In this document: in pieces, positions 25,658-39,715 of the stretch
How positions within the stretch are numbered: the stretch's first letter is position 1
Layout of the letters: the number at the start of each line of letters is the position of its first letter
Source of the DNA: Hypanus sabinus
Taxonomy: Eukaryota
Assembly: GCF_030144855.1 (NCBI RefSeq)
Contig: NC_082715.1
Coordinates: 144,956,001 to 145,020,000, forward strand
Reading direction: 5' to 3'
DNA: 64,000 nucleotides
The notes under the pieces: model-generated
Told to the model about the DNA's origin: nothing
What the model saw: only the letters and a program-made list of their open reading frames with translations
Databases searched by the model: none
Program-made: the position numbers and the translations under genes

Positions 25658-26509
25658 TGGCACGTTTCGACATTGCCTGTTAGATTTTGCTGGATGTATT
25701 TTTATTCGTAGCGTATGAACAGTGATCACTTGAATGCATTGTCTGTGGTGTGCCAGTGTAACTTCACAAGTGGAGAAATGTAATAATATCTCTTATCTCC
25801 CATATTGACATATACTTCTCTAACAATAGTAAAGTTTTGAATATCTGAATATTAAAAAAATCGATGATAACCAAAAATCTATATTTGTGTAGATGTGTTA
25901 AGGAATTTTCGTGGGGGATGGCTGTCCACGGTGGGACACTGTGAGCGTGGAATCAGTGGAAGAATGATTTCCCAATGAAACCAAGCGTCATTGATATGAA
26001 TCGTCAGTACTGCGCTTACCACTAATGCAATCTCACATTTAAAATATTTCCAGCCTTTATTCCAGAATTAGGGCGTCGGTAGCAATTTCCTAGTTATTTG
26101 TTTCTTGAAAGGGTATTGGGTGAAGAGAATAAGTCATACTCACAAATCTTCTCCGGAAAAGACTGCAAAATACACATCTCCAATGTGCCCTACTTAAGGT
26201 GTTTCACTATTGCTGTAATTCTCCCGTATTGGCAAAGAATCATAAAATATTAAATAGGAAATAAAAACTGATAAAATAATCTACTCATATGGAGAGAAAG
26301 CTGGGTCCTGTGCCGCAACAACTCGGATCTCATTACTCTCCAGACCTGTAAAAGCCGCGCAGTCCCGCATGTTCCACGTTCATGCGTCCATCCCAACACG
26401 CCGATAATAACCCGCCATCTCCGCCAAGGAAAGAATTGCGAAAGTTGCTGTCAGCTTGGACAGGTGCAGGTCTAGGAATTATTTTGCTCCTGCTAATTCT
26501 CGGAAAAGA

Positions 26510-26662
26510 AGGAGCTAGGTAGGTATCTTATGGATAGGAGAACCAAGGGATATGGGGACAAGGCAGGAACCGGGTATTGATAGTAAATGATCAGCCATGA
26601 TCTCAAAATGGCGGTGCAGGCTCGAATGGTCTACTTCTGCACCTATTGTCTATTGTCTATTG
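26510..26662 (+). mobile_element. CR1-derived 3' tail (HER1/HE1-like)
   Basis: gatcagccatgatct..aatggcggtgcaggctcgaatggtctacttctgcacc followed by (tattgtc) repeats. Confidence 0.7.
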
Positions 26663-27386
26663 ACAACAAACATCCAAAGCATTAACAAGTGCCGAAACTG
26701 AAGACAATTGCCCATCTTTGTCCAGTGTCTGACAGCAATCCCCAGAATGATCTGACCGGGCAGACTACAAAGAATTTATATTTTTAAACTTACTGATCTA
26801 TCGACAATGTTCTCAACCATCTGCCCTCTTGCACCCATGTGACTGATATTTTCACATTACCTCTCAAACACTATTCATAGAATTCTAGATTCGTTTTCAG
26901 AAGAAGCAAACATTTATTTGCAGAATTCGTAGTTGCGTCCTAAATATCTTAATCGTGGACTTTCTACAAGGTCTTCTTTGCGTTTCATTCTCTCCCACTG
27001 TGCAGATTAAGGCTGTACAATAGTTACTGTGCCTTTCAACTCGGCAATAAAAATATTACGGCGTTCAATAAACCAGAGTGGACTACCAGTGTAGTGAGAG
27101 CACATTCTGAAATGTTAACTCGTCTGACAGTAAATTACTTCAAATATACGCAAAGATTTACAATGTATAGCTTAAATTCATCAAAAAATGTGAATTAATT
27201 GCTCAAGAAATCTGAATAATGCCTTCCTAAATAAAAAGAGNNNNNNNNNNNNNNNNNNNNNNNNNNNNNNNNNNNNNNNNNNNNNNNNNNNNNNNNNNNN
27301 NNNNNNNNNNNNNNNNNNNNNNNNNNNNNNNNNNNNNNNNNNNNNNNNNNNNNNNNNNNNNNNNNNNNNNNNNAGAGAGAGATATC

Positions 27387-27400
27387 TGCGTGTGTGTGTG

Positions 27401-27450
<50 letters not shown>
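27387..27450. repeat. (TG)n microsatellite next to a (GA)n-flanked gap
   Basis: ~30 TG units with two CG interruptions. Confidence 0.95.
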
Positions 27451-27451
<1 letters not shown>

Positions 27452-29145
27452 ACACAAAGCGAGAGAGAGGTTTGCCTGTAGGATGATTACTTTCCAAATC
27501 GCTTTTCCTATATCTGGTTCTAGCAATTTTAACCCTAAAGGCAGAACATTTTCAGTTATTCCATTTGCCACGATTCAATGGACAGAGATTTGCAGGAATA
27601 ATTAGAACTTAGTGAAGTTGTTGTGTTTCAGATTTCTTAAACGCAGGCAAGTAAAGACAGCAGAACCGGACTTGTGTTGGAAAACATTTCGTCTCTGAAC
27701 CTCAACCATCTCTTTCACGGTACCTGGATAGGTTCCAATGCTCGCTGCGTCGTATTCCGTTTACAATGTAAAAGCTAGATATTAAGACAGCAGCGCTTTA
27801 CGTTCCTTCCGAATATTAATTTTATTATTTCTCAGCTACAAACGCTGAGCTTGTGTTTACTCGGTGCCCTAGATTTAATCCTACTTTTCAGGGAAAGCCG
27901 TCAAGGTCACCACCGTGGACGAACCAGGCCGCTCTTCTCCACATCAGAATCTGCCGTCTTTTGCGTCTCCATTAAAAAAAAAAACAGCTTCAAGCGGGTA
28001 CTGGAATCTCTAAATAAAATGACCCTCCTCCGGAGACAAATCCACTTTGAAACGAGATGCAGCGGATGTAGCAAAGGCATGGATTATACATTTAAAAGTA
28101 AATTAGCGGAGACAGTGATGACCAAAGGAAAAAGCAGAATTCCCAAATACACCGGTGTAACATCGGCCGACATGGGTTCGTTACTCACGGATCTTCCTTG
28201 CTCTAAATACCATATGCTTAAGAGAATGCAAGTTTTTGCTGCCCTATTATAACACGCACCAGCGTCCCGCACCGGCTCTCTTACACCCTCCCCTCCCCCT
28301 CCAGCCATTTCTATCTAGGGTTGTATACACGATTATAGACAGATCTTAGAGAGAGTTGTAAGGTCGGCACTAGATCGTTGGTTAAAAAAAAGCCTATACT
28401 GAGCTGCGGTGTTGTATCTTTTTTTTCCTAAATCTTAATTCAATTGCGTTGATACCCCACCCACTTCACCTAGTTTAAATACAACCCATCCTTCTCGTAC
28501 AAGCCCACCTGCAATGGAAAAGAGAAAAACGATCGATTTACTTAACGTCCTTCCCACTATATCAATTTCTTAAATTGCACTATATTCCCACTTTGCACCT
28601 TGGTGGCACGTGGCACAATGAGTGATTCTTGAATTCCTCCCTTAAAGTCCTTTTTTTAATACTGGCATGTCCTTCATCTGAGGAGAATTAGAGTCCCAAA
28701 GTACGAGGAAGTAAATTTCTGAACAAACAGACGCTGATACTTCATATACAGTATTGCAGTTAATTTGGGGCATTGGAGTTCAGGAAAGATGTTATTGGTT
28801 TGAGGGATGACACAGAAATTCACTGAGCTGACAGGAAGGGTTTATGGATTGATCCAATAATGGTAATTTACACGACGGAATTCTATTTAGTAGACAAAGC
28901 GGGCAAAATCCTCTGCAAGAATAATAATGAAACATACTGCAGTTTACAGTTAAAATTATATCTTTCAGATGCAATATTTTGCAGCACTTTTTCACATTTA
29001 TGCCAGTTAGAATATGTAATTCAATCCACCAAAGATTAAATACTGAATAAATAGATAATTTCAAAAGTACTTTCAATAGAAATTGATTCAGAAAAGAGAG
29101 AATTCCACTACATATTCGTTTGCATATTTTCGCAGAAATATTTAT

Positions 29146-29400
29146 AGAAGCATAAAAAACCGAACATGTGTTTACTTTAGAAATGATCTAGGGTTACACA
29201 TAGTCCTCTATATTTCTAAGCTCCCTGTACCTATCCCGGAGCCTCTTAAAAGACCCTATTGTATCCGCCTCCACCACAGTCGCTGGCAGCCCATTCCAGC
29301 GTAATAATCTTACTCCTGACATCTCATCTGTACCTACTTCCAAGCACCTTAAATCTGTTTCCTAGCGTGTTAGTCATTTCAGCCCTGGAAAAAGCCTCTG
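29146..29400 (-). mobile_element. CR1 3' fragment, unit B only
   Basis: Reverse complement of the CR1 3' end seen at 36120-36430; absent at unit-A ~3030. Confidence 0.8.
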
Positions 29401-30409
29401 ATTATACAAAAGATCAATGCCTCTCATTGTCTTCTACACCTAAGAAGGAGCAAGGGACTGTTCATAATTTGTCGCTGCAACAAATGAAAATTAAATGATA
29501 GAAACATGTTCTAATTTTGCGTGGATAGAAATATCAGTTTTTAACATTGTAATCATTACTGCGCTTAAAATCCATTCAGAATATGTAATCTCTCTTTATT
29601 CCCCAACCTCTCAGTTTTACATACCGGATGAACAAGCTTAAATGATTTTAGTATATTTTCAATAAGCTCCCAGAATGCCTGAAAACTAAATCAAAATACT
29701 ACAGCAGCCGGAGCAGTTTGCCTTCACTGGGGTGTTTCCGGATATTCAACTGCTGACAAGTGCCCATCCAAGCCTAAAAAGCGATGACGGAAAACGGTTT
29801 AAAATTTCGCCGGCCAAAAAACCCTTCAAGGCCTTCGAATAGCCATGAATATGTCCAGTAAGTCTCCTCTAAAACTTAAAGATAGAAATGTTCAGTTAAT
29901 TCCAAGATTGCACGCCATCCATACGTCAGTATTTCAGATGAAATAAGCCAGTGCTCCATGTGGCAGGAACGAAAGACAAATTTGCTAAGGGTATCATTGA
30001 CCTTCTGCTTCACTGCTTCTGATAAATACCTTAATTTTGCTATTCTGGAATTACCTGAGCTTAGTTTTCCACTTAATATTTGAAGAAGCGTTAACCATTT
30101 TAAACTGTTGGAGAGTGCTGAAGGGCTCAGCTACCAAGTACAGGTCGTGTAGTAAATATGGGCACAAAAGTGCGAACAGATCCCAGCGAGTCTGACCTGT
30201 GTGTTACATGCGATTGCAAATGCAGATGCCGTTACTGTATTTCACATTGACTGGTGTGCAAATCCTTTATCGATTAATTTGAAGGATAGCATCTTTTGCA
30301 AATAAGATCAAGGGAGAATTTAGCTTGTGATGAAGTTGACCACAAATCAATTCCATAAACTTCTAATACTTCAGCCGCTATAACGGCAACAACTGTTATA
30401 TTGTGCAGC

Positions 30410-31102
30410 AACTTGTACGGATTGGTCGGAAGAGTAAGGAGATCATCGACCAGAGTTACAGGGAAATAGTCACCCCTATGTTGTAGGAGGCGGGTAGCTG
30501 GGTGGCTGTCAGGAAAAGAAGTGGGACAGTGAATAAGCAGTTAGTTCAGAGCACTCCTGTGGCCAATCCCCTCAATAATAAGTATACCGTTTTGAATGCT
30601 GTTGTGGGGGGATGACCTCCCAGTGGAAAACCAAGAGTCCAGGTTACTAGCGCTGAACATGTGTCTGTGCTACAAAAGGGAGAGAGGGAGAAGAGTTGAG
30701 CGGTAGTGATAGGGGACTCAATAGTCGGAGGAATAGACAGGAGATTCTGTGCAGGTGAACGGAACACACGGGTGGCATGTTGCCTCGCAGTTGCCTGGGT
30801 CAGTGATATCTTGGATCACGTCCACGGCACTTTAGAGGGGAAGCGAGAGCAGGCAGATGTCTTGGTAAATTCTGGTACCAATGACATAGGATGGAAAAGC
30901 AAAGAGATCTTTAAGAGAGAATTTAGTGTGCTAGGCAGAAAGCTGAGAAGCAGGACCTCAAGACAGGAATTTCTGGATTGCTACGTGTGTCACTCACCAT
31001 TGAGGTTAGAATCAGGAAAAGCTGACAGATGAATGTTTGACCGAGAAGCTAGAGCTGAGGGAAAGTCTTCAGGTTTTTTTTTTAACACTGCTGGGGCAGG
31101 TA
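30410..31102 (+). mobile_element. Paralogous CR1 ORF1 fragment, ~950 bp shorter than in unit A
   Basis: IGDSIVGGIDRRFCAGERNTRVACCL..SGTNDIG; jumps from the unit-A equivalent of ~4696 to ~5650. Confidence 0.85.
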
Positions 31103-31729
31103 TGACCCAGCCACTATCCCTCTCCTATCCAGTGGGCCAGCTGCTCTCTCATTCCTCTGTAATTCCCTTTCTTCTATTGTGATGCTGATAATTTGCTCTG
31201 ATAAGGGAATATGTAGGGAGATTTAGTATCTAGTAAGGGAAACGTGAGACAATGTGACTTGGAGAAGGTGCTCCCACAACGGGTAGGTTTGGAATGAGAT
31301 TAGATAAATATAAGGTTGCATCAACTATATAATTGCTTGGAAGTATGGCCTGGCAGTTGTACAGGAAGTGCGAGACAAAAGGCTGGGCTTCAAATTTGTC
31401 CCTGATTTTCAGAATATGTGCAATTGCCTTAGGGTCAGAGCAGAGAGAGAGATGTGTACCAGTACAAGGAGATGAGCAAATATATCGGGATGGATTTATT
31501 TTTACCTCCGGAGATTACTTACTGAGGACACGTTTTGTCATCCGCATTCACCGCTCACAGAGATTCTTTTCTTTGGACGTGGAAGAACCACATTCTCTGG
31601 CCGAGGTTTCCCAAGTAAAACAATGCTGAAGCGCTGAGTGCAGCAGAACCCCGAGTGATTAAACCAAACGTAATTTACATTGGTCTTATATTTCACACCC
31701 AACACTCTCTATTTAAATAATTGCGTTGT

Positions 31730-32920
31730 GCACAGAAGAGGTACAGCAGCTGCCAGAAATCCATGAAAGTGCTGGAGGAAATCAGCACGTCAGGTAGATT
31801 TTATGAAAATGAATAAACAGTCGAAGTTTCGGGTCGAGACTTCATCAGGACTGGAATGGAAAGGGGCTGATGCCATAATAAGAAGGAGGGACAGGGGAAG
31901 GAAGACGAGCAGGAAAATGAAAGTTTAATCCAGTTGGGAGGGGAAGGGTGATGAAGTAAGAAGCCTGGAGTCGACAGGTGGTAAAGGTAAAGGGTTTGAC
32001 AAGAAGTAATTTGATAGAAGAGAGAGCATCGTGCAAGTAAACGAAGGAGGAGAGGCACCAAGGAAGTGAAAGGCAGATGAGGAGAAAGAGAAACAGCACA
32101 GATTGGGGAATAGAAGGAGGGAGCAAAAAGAAATTACTGGAAGTTAGAGAAACCGATGTTTATGTCATTACATTAGAAGGCGCCATAGCCGAATATCAGG
32201 TATTGATCCCCCAACGTGATTCGCTTCATCGTGGAAGAAAAGAAGACCATAGACCGACATGTCAAAGGGAATGCAGATAGGAATTAAAATTTTCCGCCAC
32301 TGGGAAATTCCGGCTTTTGCAGATGGAGCGGGGGTGGTGACCAAATTGGTCTTTCCCACGTCCCCACCCCCAAATTATAAGTTGAGTATCACGAATGTAG
32401 AGGAGGCCGCATCAGAAACATGGATGCAGAAGCCGACCCTAACATATCCGCAGATGAAGTGTTGACTCAGCTGGAAGGACTGTTCGGGGCCCTGAATATA
32501 GTTGACGGAGCAGGTGTGGAGCATCTGTCGATTAAACAGAAACGTGCCAAAAGGGAGATGGCAGAAGTTGCTGGAAAATGTCTTGTTTTGGATGCGAAGG
32601 CTCATGGGGAAGTAGATGAGGACAATAGAAACTTCATTTCTCATAAGATGAGAAGAAAATGGGGTGAGCGTTGAGAGACGGTAAATTAAGGAGATGCGTG
32701 AGGGGGCAGCATCAATGATGGAGGAAGAGAAACCCCGTTCTTTGAAGAAGGAAGCCATTTCTGATGTCCTGGAAAGGAAAGGTTCGTCCAGGGAAAGGAT
32801 GCGGAGGGCACAAACGAATTGAGAAATAGCATTTTTACAGGAGACAGAGCAAGAAGTATAGCCAAGAAAGCCGTAGAAATCGGTGGGAATCGCCGCATCA
32901 TGTGACCGCCTAATGGATCC
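31730..32920 (-). mobile_element. Paralogous Penelope-like element 3' portion
   Basis: MASFFKERGFSSSIIDAAPSRIS..HFICGYVRVGFCIHVS (GIY-YIG-like); same position in unit B. Confidence 0.8.
31818..31853 (-). ncRNA. Degenerate minimal type I hammerhead ribozyme motif
   Basis: Minus strand CAGTC-CTGATGA-AGTCTCGACCC-GAAAC-TTC-GACTG; CUGAUGA and GAAAC intact, helix II shortened by 2 nt. Confidence 0.7.
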
Positions 32921-34340
32921 CGCTCTGGAAAAAGAATGTTTTCTCTATTCCAAGCTCTGCTCTCGAACAATCTTTAAGGACATTCGGAAAATAATGCAAA
33001 TATTGACAGCTAAATCCTAAAATGGGGAAGATTATAAATAATTAATTGTTGAAATATAAGGTCAGCAAATAAGACAGTAGTAATATACCTTTGCTTTCTT
33101 TTTACATTCGCAAACTTTGTAAGGTAAAATGAATGGATCGTACGGAAGCGTTAAGCACAGTTTTACGATTCTCTGGGATTTGGGCTGTATCTCTTGCCTC
33201 CATAAAATATCCTGCCATGGAACACACTGCCAGTGCATGTGAAGAGGCTGTCTCACTGCTGCATGAAGTCTGAATGCAACTTGCACTTTCGGTCTGTGAC
33301 CGTCTGGGGTCTCTATCCCTCCTCCAAACCCGGGTCTCCCGGCCCTCCGGTTTCACCTGCACTTCAAACAAATGTTGGCTGTTTGATCATTTGGACAATA
33401 TAATTATTGCCTTGGTTAAAGCCTCTATTACAACGAAATAATATAACAATGGCTCAAGTAGAATTACATGGGCTCTCTGCTTCGAATGAAAACAAAGCCT
33501 AAACAACTGTGTGACGACCACATACTGATTCGTCTATGAGGATCATTCTTTGGTCAAGAGTTCATGGGCAACATCGTGAGTTACCGCTGACATTTTACCT
33601 TGTGATATCCAATACAATCTTCAAGTTATGTTTTTTTTAAATAACCACATCTGAATTTGCTTTTACTGGCATCCCCAGAACGCTGACTCTCCACCCCCAT
33701 TTTAACCACGACAGTTTACTGCTCACATACTACCCAGTCGCCCCTATCTTTACCTTCATGAACTCGGGAAAATTAAGAGCAATGTGATCTTACACCCCTC
33801 TCATGCAATCTGCTCCCGCAAATACTCGTGGCACGCAGTTCCACATTTATAGCGGACATTTCCTTATCTCAGTCTCTGCTATTATTCCTCAGCCACGTTA
33901 GAATGCAAAATCCTGCATTTTTTCCTCTGCTTCAATCGCATTCTCAATTTCACTTTTCATGCGTCCTTCACCCTCATCTGCAACATCACGCATGAGAACT
34001 TTGCATCGTTATACGGGGTAATATTGAAACTATAGATCACTGTGCAGGTGCGTAACAACTTAGAATATAGTGATTGTAAGCAGATACTGACTCTAATTAA
34101 GATTTATTTGGGATTTCTGATCTGGTGATCCATGTTCCTCTGACACATCCGACTCCACGGAGCAAATGCTGATAAATATTATATCGTGATATTCTTCAGA
34201 TACACAGGAAAATGAGTATAATCGCTTTCACGCGTAATGTTGGATATTTTAATTATCACGGTTATATATTGACATGAATTTCACTTCACCATAAAATTGA
34301 CGTGTACAAGTCTTGCTTATTCCTCGCCCATTGATATATG

Positions 34341-36432
34341 GGCTCAGGGAAATGTACGGAAGAAATGTGGCAAATTTTCAGGGGATATTTGTGTGGAGTT
34401 CTGCAAAGGTACTTTCCAATGAGACAGGGAAGTTATGGTAGGGTGCAGGAACCGTGGTGTACAAAGCCTGTGATAAATCTAGTCAGAAGTAAAGCAAAGC
34501 TTACAAAAGATTCAGAGAACAAGGTAATGTTAGAGTTCTAGCAGATTATAAGGCTAATAACAAGGAGCTTAAAATGGAAATTAGGAGACCCAGAAGGGGC
34601 CATCAGAAGGCCTTGGCGGGTAGGATTAAGGAAAATCCCAAGGCATTCTACAGTCTGTGGAGAGCAAGAGGATAAGACGTGAAAGAAGGACCTATAAAGT
34701 GTGACAGTGGGAAAGTGTGTATGGAACCAGAAGAAATAGCAGAGCTACTTAATGAATATTTTACTTCAGTATTCATATGGAAAGAGATCTTGGTGATTGC
34801 AGTGATGACTTACAGCAGACTGAAAAGTCTGTGCATGTAGATATTAAGAAAAAGGATGTTCTGGAGTTTTTGGAAAGCATCAAGTTGGATAAGTCACCGA
34901 ATCTAGATGAGATTTACCTCAGGCTACTGTAGGAGGCGAAGGAGGAGATTGCTGAACCTCTGGCGATGATATTTGCATCAGCAAAGGGGATGCGAGAGAT
35001 TCCGGAGTATTGGAGGGTTGTGGATGTTGTTTCTTTGTTCAAGAAAGGGAGTTGAGATAGCCCAGGAAATTATAGACCAGTGAGTCTTACCTCAGTGGTT
35101 GGAGAAGATCCTGTGAGACAGGATTTATGAACATTTGGAGAGGTATAATATGATTAGGAATAGTCAGCGTGGCTTTGTCAAGGACAGGTCGTGCCTAACG
35201 AGCCTGATTGAATTTTTTGAGTATGTGACTAAACGCATTAACGAAGGAAGAGCAGAAGATGTAGTGTATATGGATTTCAGCAAGGCATTTGATACGGTAT
35301 CCCATTGCAAGGCACATTGAGAAAGTAAGGAGCGATGGGATCCAAGGGGACATTGCTTTGTGCTTCCAAAACTGGCTTGCTCACAGAAGGAAAACAGTTG
35401 TTGTAGAAGCGTCATATTCTGCATGGAGGACGGTCACCAGTGGAGTGCCTCCTGGATCTGTTCTGGGACCCTTACTCGTCATGATTTTTATAGATGCGTT
35501 GGTTGGGAAAGTGGAGGGTAAGGTTAGTAAGTTCGCTGATGACACAAAGCTTAGAGGTGTTGTGGACAGTGTGGAGGACTGTCAGAGGTTACAGCGGGAT
35601 ATTGATAGGATGCAAAACGCGGCTGAGAAGTGGCAAATGGAGTTCAAACCAGGTAAGTGTGAAGTGGTTCGTTTTGGTAGGTCAAATATGACGGCAGAAT
35701 ATAGTATTAATAGTAAGACTCTCGGCAGCGTGGGGGATCAGAGGGATCTTGGGGTCCCAGTCCAGAGGACACTCAAAGCAGCTGTCCAGGTTGACTCTGT
35801 GGTTAAAAAGACGTACGCTGTATTGGCCTTCATCAATCGTGAAACTGAATTTAGGAGCCGTGAGGTAATGTTGCAGCAATATGGGACCCTGGTCGGACCC
35901 CACTTGGAGTACTGTGCTCATTTCTGGTCGCCTCACTACAGGAAGGACGTTGTAGACATAGAAAGGGTGCGGAGGAGATTTACAAGGATGTTGCCTGGAT
36001 TGGGGAGCATGCCTTATGAGAATAGGTTGAGTGAGCTCGGCCTTTTCTCCTTGGAGTGAGGGAGGATGGGAGGTGACCTGACAGCGGTGCGTAAGATGAT
36101 GAGAAGGACTGATCGTGTCAGAGGCTTTTTCCAGGGCTGAAATGACTAACACGAAAGGGCACCTTTTTAAGGTGCTTGGAAGTAGACACAGATGAGATGT
36201 CAGGTTCAAGATTTTCACACAGAGTGTGGTGAGTGCGTGGAATGGGCTGCCGGCGACAGTGGTGAAGGCGTGTACCATAGGATTTTTTAAGAGAATCCTG
36301 GATAGGTACATGGAGCTTAGAAAAATAGAGGGCTATAGGTATCCCTAGGTAACTTCTAAAGTAAGTACATGCTTGGCAGATCATTGTGTGCCATGGGCCT
36401 GAATTGTTCTGTATGTTTTCTATCTTTCTATG
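34341..36432 (+). mobile_element. CR1 LINE ORF2 RT region to 3' end (same insertion as 8975-9876 but ~1.5 kb longer)
   Basis: YMDFSKAFD; SGVPPGSVLGPLL; KFADDTKL; QRDLGV; same 3' junction as unit A. Confidence 0.95.
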
Positions 36433-37434
36433 TTAATAATTTTCCTTGAAAACCAAGATCGGATACGTTACGAGTGGCATGCCAGATGCGCAGGTGAACA
36501 TTTTACAGTTAAGGTTGGATTTACTGTTGCTAATACTGATATGTTTGTTAGCATAGTGTAATCTGAAATGGCAAGTCTGAGAAAGGTCTTGAAGCTTTCT
36601 CAGTCATGAAACCCCTCAAGAACACTTGAAGCCGTTGAATGTTACTGGCACGCAGAAGAACTTGAAATCTCTCATAAGCATTGAAAAGTAGAATAAAATT
36701 TAAAGGATTGCTGTTGAGAAGTTTAATTAGTAGCTAGTCAGTCTCTATATATATTTTCAAGCTGTAAACAATGGTTAGTTAATTCAAAACTTTTGAATAT
36801 TGTTAGACTGATCAATTTCCCCGCGCAACCGCGACCCTTCATTCAATTGTTCGTTCTTAATTAGATGACCAGATTAACGACCTCTGATGTTAATGATTTT
36901 ATCATTCACTGCTCGACCTCACGTGAACTCCACTTAGAACGTTATTTTTGAGGACTCTCTGAAATTTTCTGAAGAGGGTCGCCAGTAAGTTCCAATTATT
37001 CGCGTTTCGGTGGATTTCCAAAATTCAGGTCAGAAGTTAGTTGGCACACACAGACAGATTTTCATGGAATTCTCAGTACGATATAGCATTTCTGAACACA
37101 TCTGGCGCTTGCGTCTTCTGCGACTTGACCAGCAGATGGCAGAAACGTATTACATAATGTTTCGTACCTCCCGTCGCGTTAAATACTTGTGTATGCATTT
37201 TAATGGTTAGGCAATTCTGCAATTAACAACAACAAAGAACTTACTTTCCATGAGCAAGTAGACCAAAACACATTTAATAACCGTTTCGTTACTTTAGAAA
37301 CAATATTAACAACAGAAGCTGAATTTAGCAACAGAAGCTTTGTCGAAATAAGTAGCCGAAACTGGAGGAATCAGAACAGACAGTCATACAGTGCTGGTCT
37401 CAGGAAACAGTCTAGATTCTACGTGAATGTTCTG

Positions 37435-38710
37435 AGTTGGTACACTGGACCACGATCACAGACTCAGCCTCCAGTCTAGATGAGGATGTCACTACCTTCA
37501 CAGATTTTATCGGAGAGTGTGTTGAGGTATGTGTGCTACAGAGGACACGAGTGTTTCCAAACCGGAAGCCATGGGTGAACTCGGAGATCTACTTTCTTCG
37601 GAAGTGTAAACCTGACCCTATAGGAAATCAAACTGTAACTTCTATAAAGATGTTAAGAGACTATACCAGTCCAGAATCGAGTCTCTGTCCAGTCGTCCGC
37701 TATGGCAGTCCTTACATATTTTAAAGGATTACACAACCAAATGGGCAGCAACGCCAAAAATAGCACAGTCCTTCCAAAGAATTTCACAGATTCTATCCAC
37801 ACTTTATGCAGACAGGACCGGGTATGACATGATGCTTATGAATCTACTGTCACTGTCGCGGACGTAAGATCAGGCTTCTGGAGGATGAACCAGCGGAGTC
37901 CCTAGCCCTGGTGGTGTTTCCGGCTGTGTACTTAGGTCCTGAGCGGATCAGATGGCAGGGTTATTTGCAGACATTTTAACCTGCTTCTTCTTTAAGAAGA
38001 CAACTGTCAACCTGGTACCAAAGAAAAGCCCAATAAGGTATCTTAATGACTAGAACCAGAGGCTGTAACATTTCCTAAGCGGTGCTTCAGGTAGCTGCTC
38101 AAGGCACGCATCAACCCCAGCTTTCCAGATAAACTCGTATCGCTGCAATCTGAACAATGCCGATACGGGTCTATGGCGGATGCATCTCCCTAACCCTACA
38201 TTTAATTCTGCAGCATTTGCAGAGCAAAGGCTATTGATTATTGCATTGACTAAAGTCCTGCCTTCAATACTCATCATTAAAACCCTGCGCACTGGGAATT
38301 AATACCTTCCTCTGCAATGGTATCCTTGACTTTCTAACCAATACACTGCAAACATTAAGGAGAGGCCGCAGCTCGACTCCCTGAATACTCATGGTTGCGT
38401 TGTCAAATCCTGCTTAAATCTTATCTGAAAGTTTGCAGATGTTCCCGCCTGTAAACTGTCGCATTTCCAATAACGATCATTCGGAGTACATGAAGGAGGA
38501 CATGAACTTAGTGGCATGGTGCCGTGACCACACCTTTCCCTTAATGTCAACCAGACAAAAGAAAAGGAAGAACGCTTCAGAAAATGGAAGTCGCAGTACA
38601 CATTTGAGAGGGCAGCTTCAACAATTGCTTCTCCTGGTTCAGCCACGTTATGTCACGGCCAAGAATACTCACCGGACACAAACTCTCCATCTATTCTCTG
38701 TTACTTCAGA
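37435..38710 (+). mobile_element. Paralogous Rex1/Babar-like fragment
   Basis: ASSLDEDVTTFTDFIGECVEVCVLQRTRVFPNRKPWVN. Confidence 0.75.
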
Positions 38711-39715
38711 TTTAGAATACAGTCATACAAACAGCAATTAGATGCATCACAAGATTTTTCTTCAAAAACGTCAAGAATGCAGCTACAGTCAGGATGTTGT
38801 CAATGTCCTGTCTTTTCTAGTGTGACCGATATTTATTGATAAACGCAGTGTGTTGGCTAAACCCTGGACCCTGTGGTAACTGGGATCTTGGGCGGGGACT
38901 TAAATCATGCATGCAGTTGGTATTTCACGCTGAAGAGTTTTGTGAAAGTTTTACTCTTTCTTACCTTAGCATTCATTCTTTTATACACTGTGTTCATGGA
39001 ATCACACCTTCCATCTCACCGAATTGTTGACGCCTATGGACCGCGGATGGCAAAACACTAGTGCATAATTTTCTATGTTTGTGCCTTAGAAGGCGTGTAG
39101 TTGTTATTTCTAGTTACTGTGGTTGACACTTGCTATCCAGGTGCATTTGCCTATAGTCGGTCAAATTTTAGTGGAAATATTAGGAATGTAGAAACGGCAA
39201 ATTTTTGCTGGAATATGTTATAGTCCAAAGGATCATAAAGATGCCTTCTTTAAATGCAATAATACTGTTTTCCATCCAAATCATGTATCTCAAATCTAAT
39301 GCCAACTAACATAACGATTACGTAGTAGATAATCTTGTGAACGATGCAATAAATCAATGCATCTATGGCAGTCAAAGTTTTGTTTTCCTCCACTTCATTT
39401 TACATATGATCAGTCTTGAATCCTACAACCAGCCAACTTTTAACATTATTGTGGTTCATTGTGTCAAGGTCGCTTATAGATCGCTTCTTATGACAATCTT
39501 TCTTCCATATAGTATTCTATATTGGGTAATTCTGATTCATATGCTGGGAGAATTCAATAGGTTTTAAGCAATTAGTAGATCTCCTGTCGGAGCCTCGTCC
39601 ATGGCCTAAGACTTCAACGCGCCTGAAATTAGCGCCGATTCCTCTTAGACTCATTTCCTCCCAAATATACAGCCTTATACAATCCGAACTTTAGTGCAGC
39701 TTTTGTCAATCTTTT

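Noticed and set aside
25904-25943. CACTGTG with a partial nonamer downstream of C-A as a deleting element or signal joint
   Set aside because: Only 6/9 nonamer at a 24-nt spacer; the neighbouring cacggtg is not in signal-joint arrangement.
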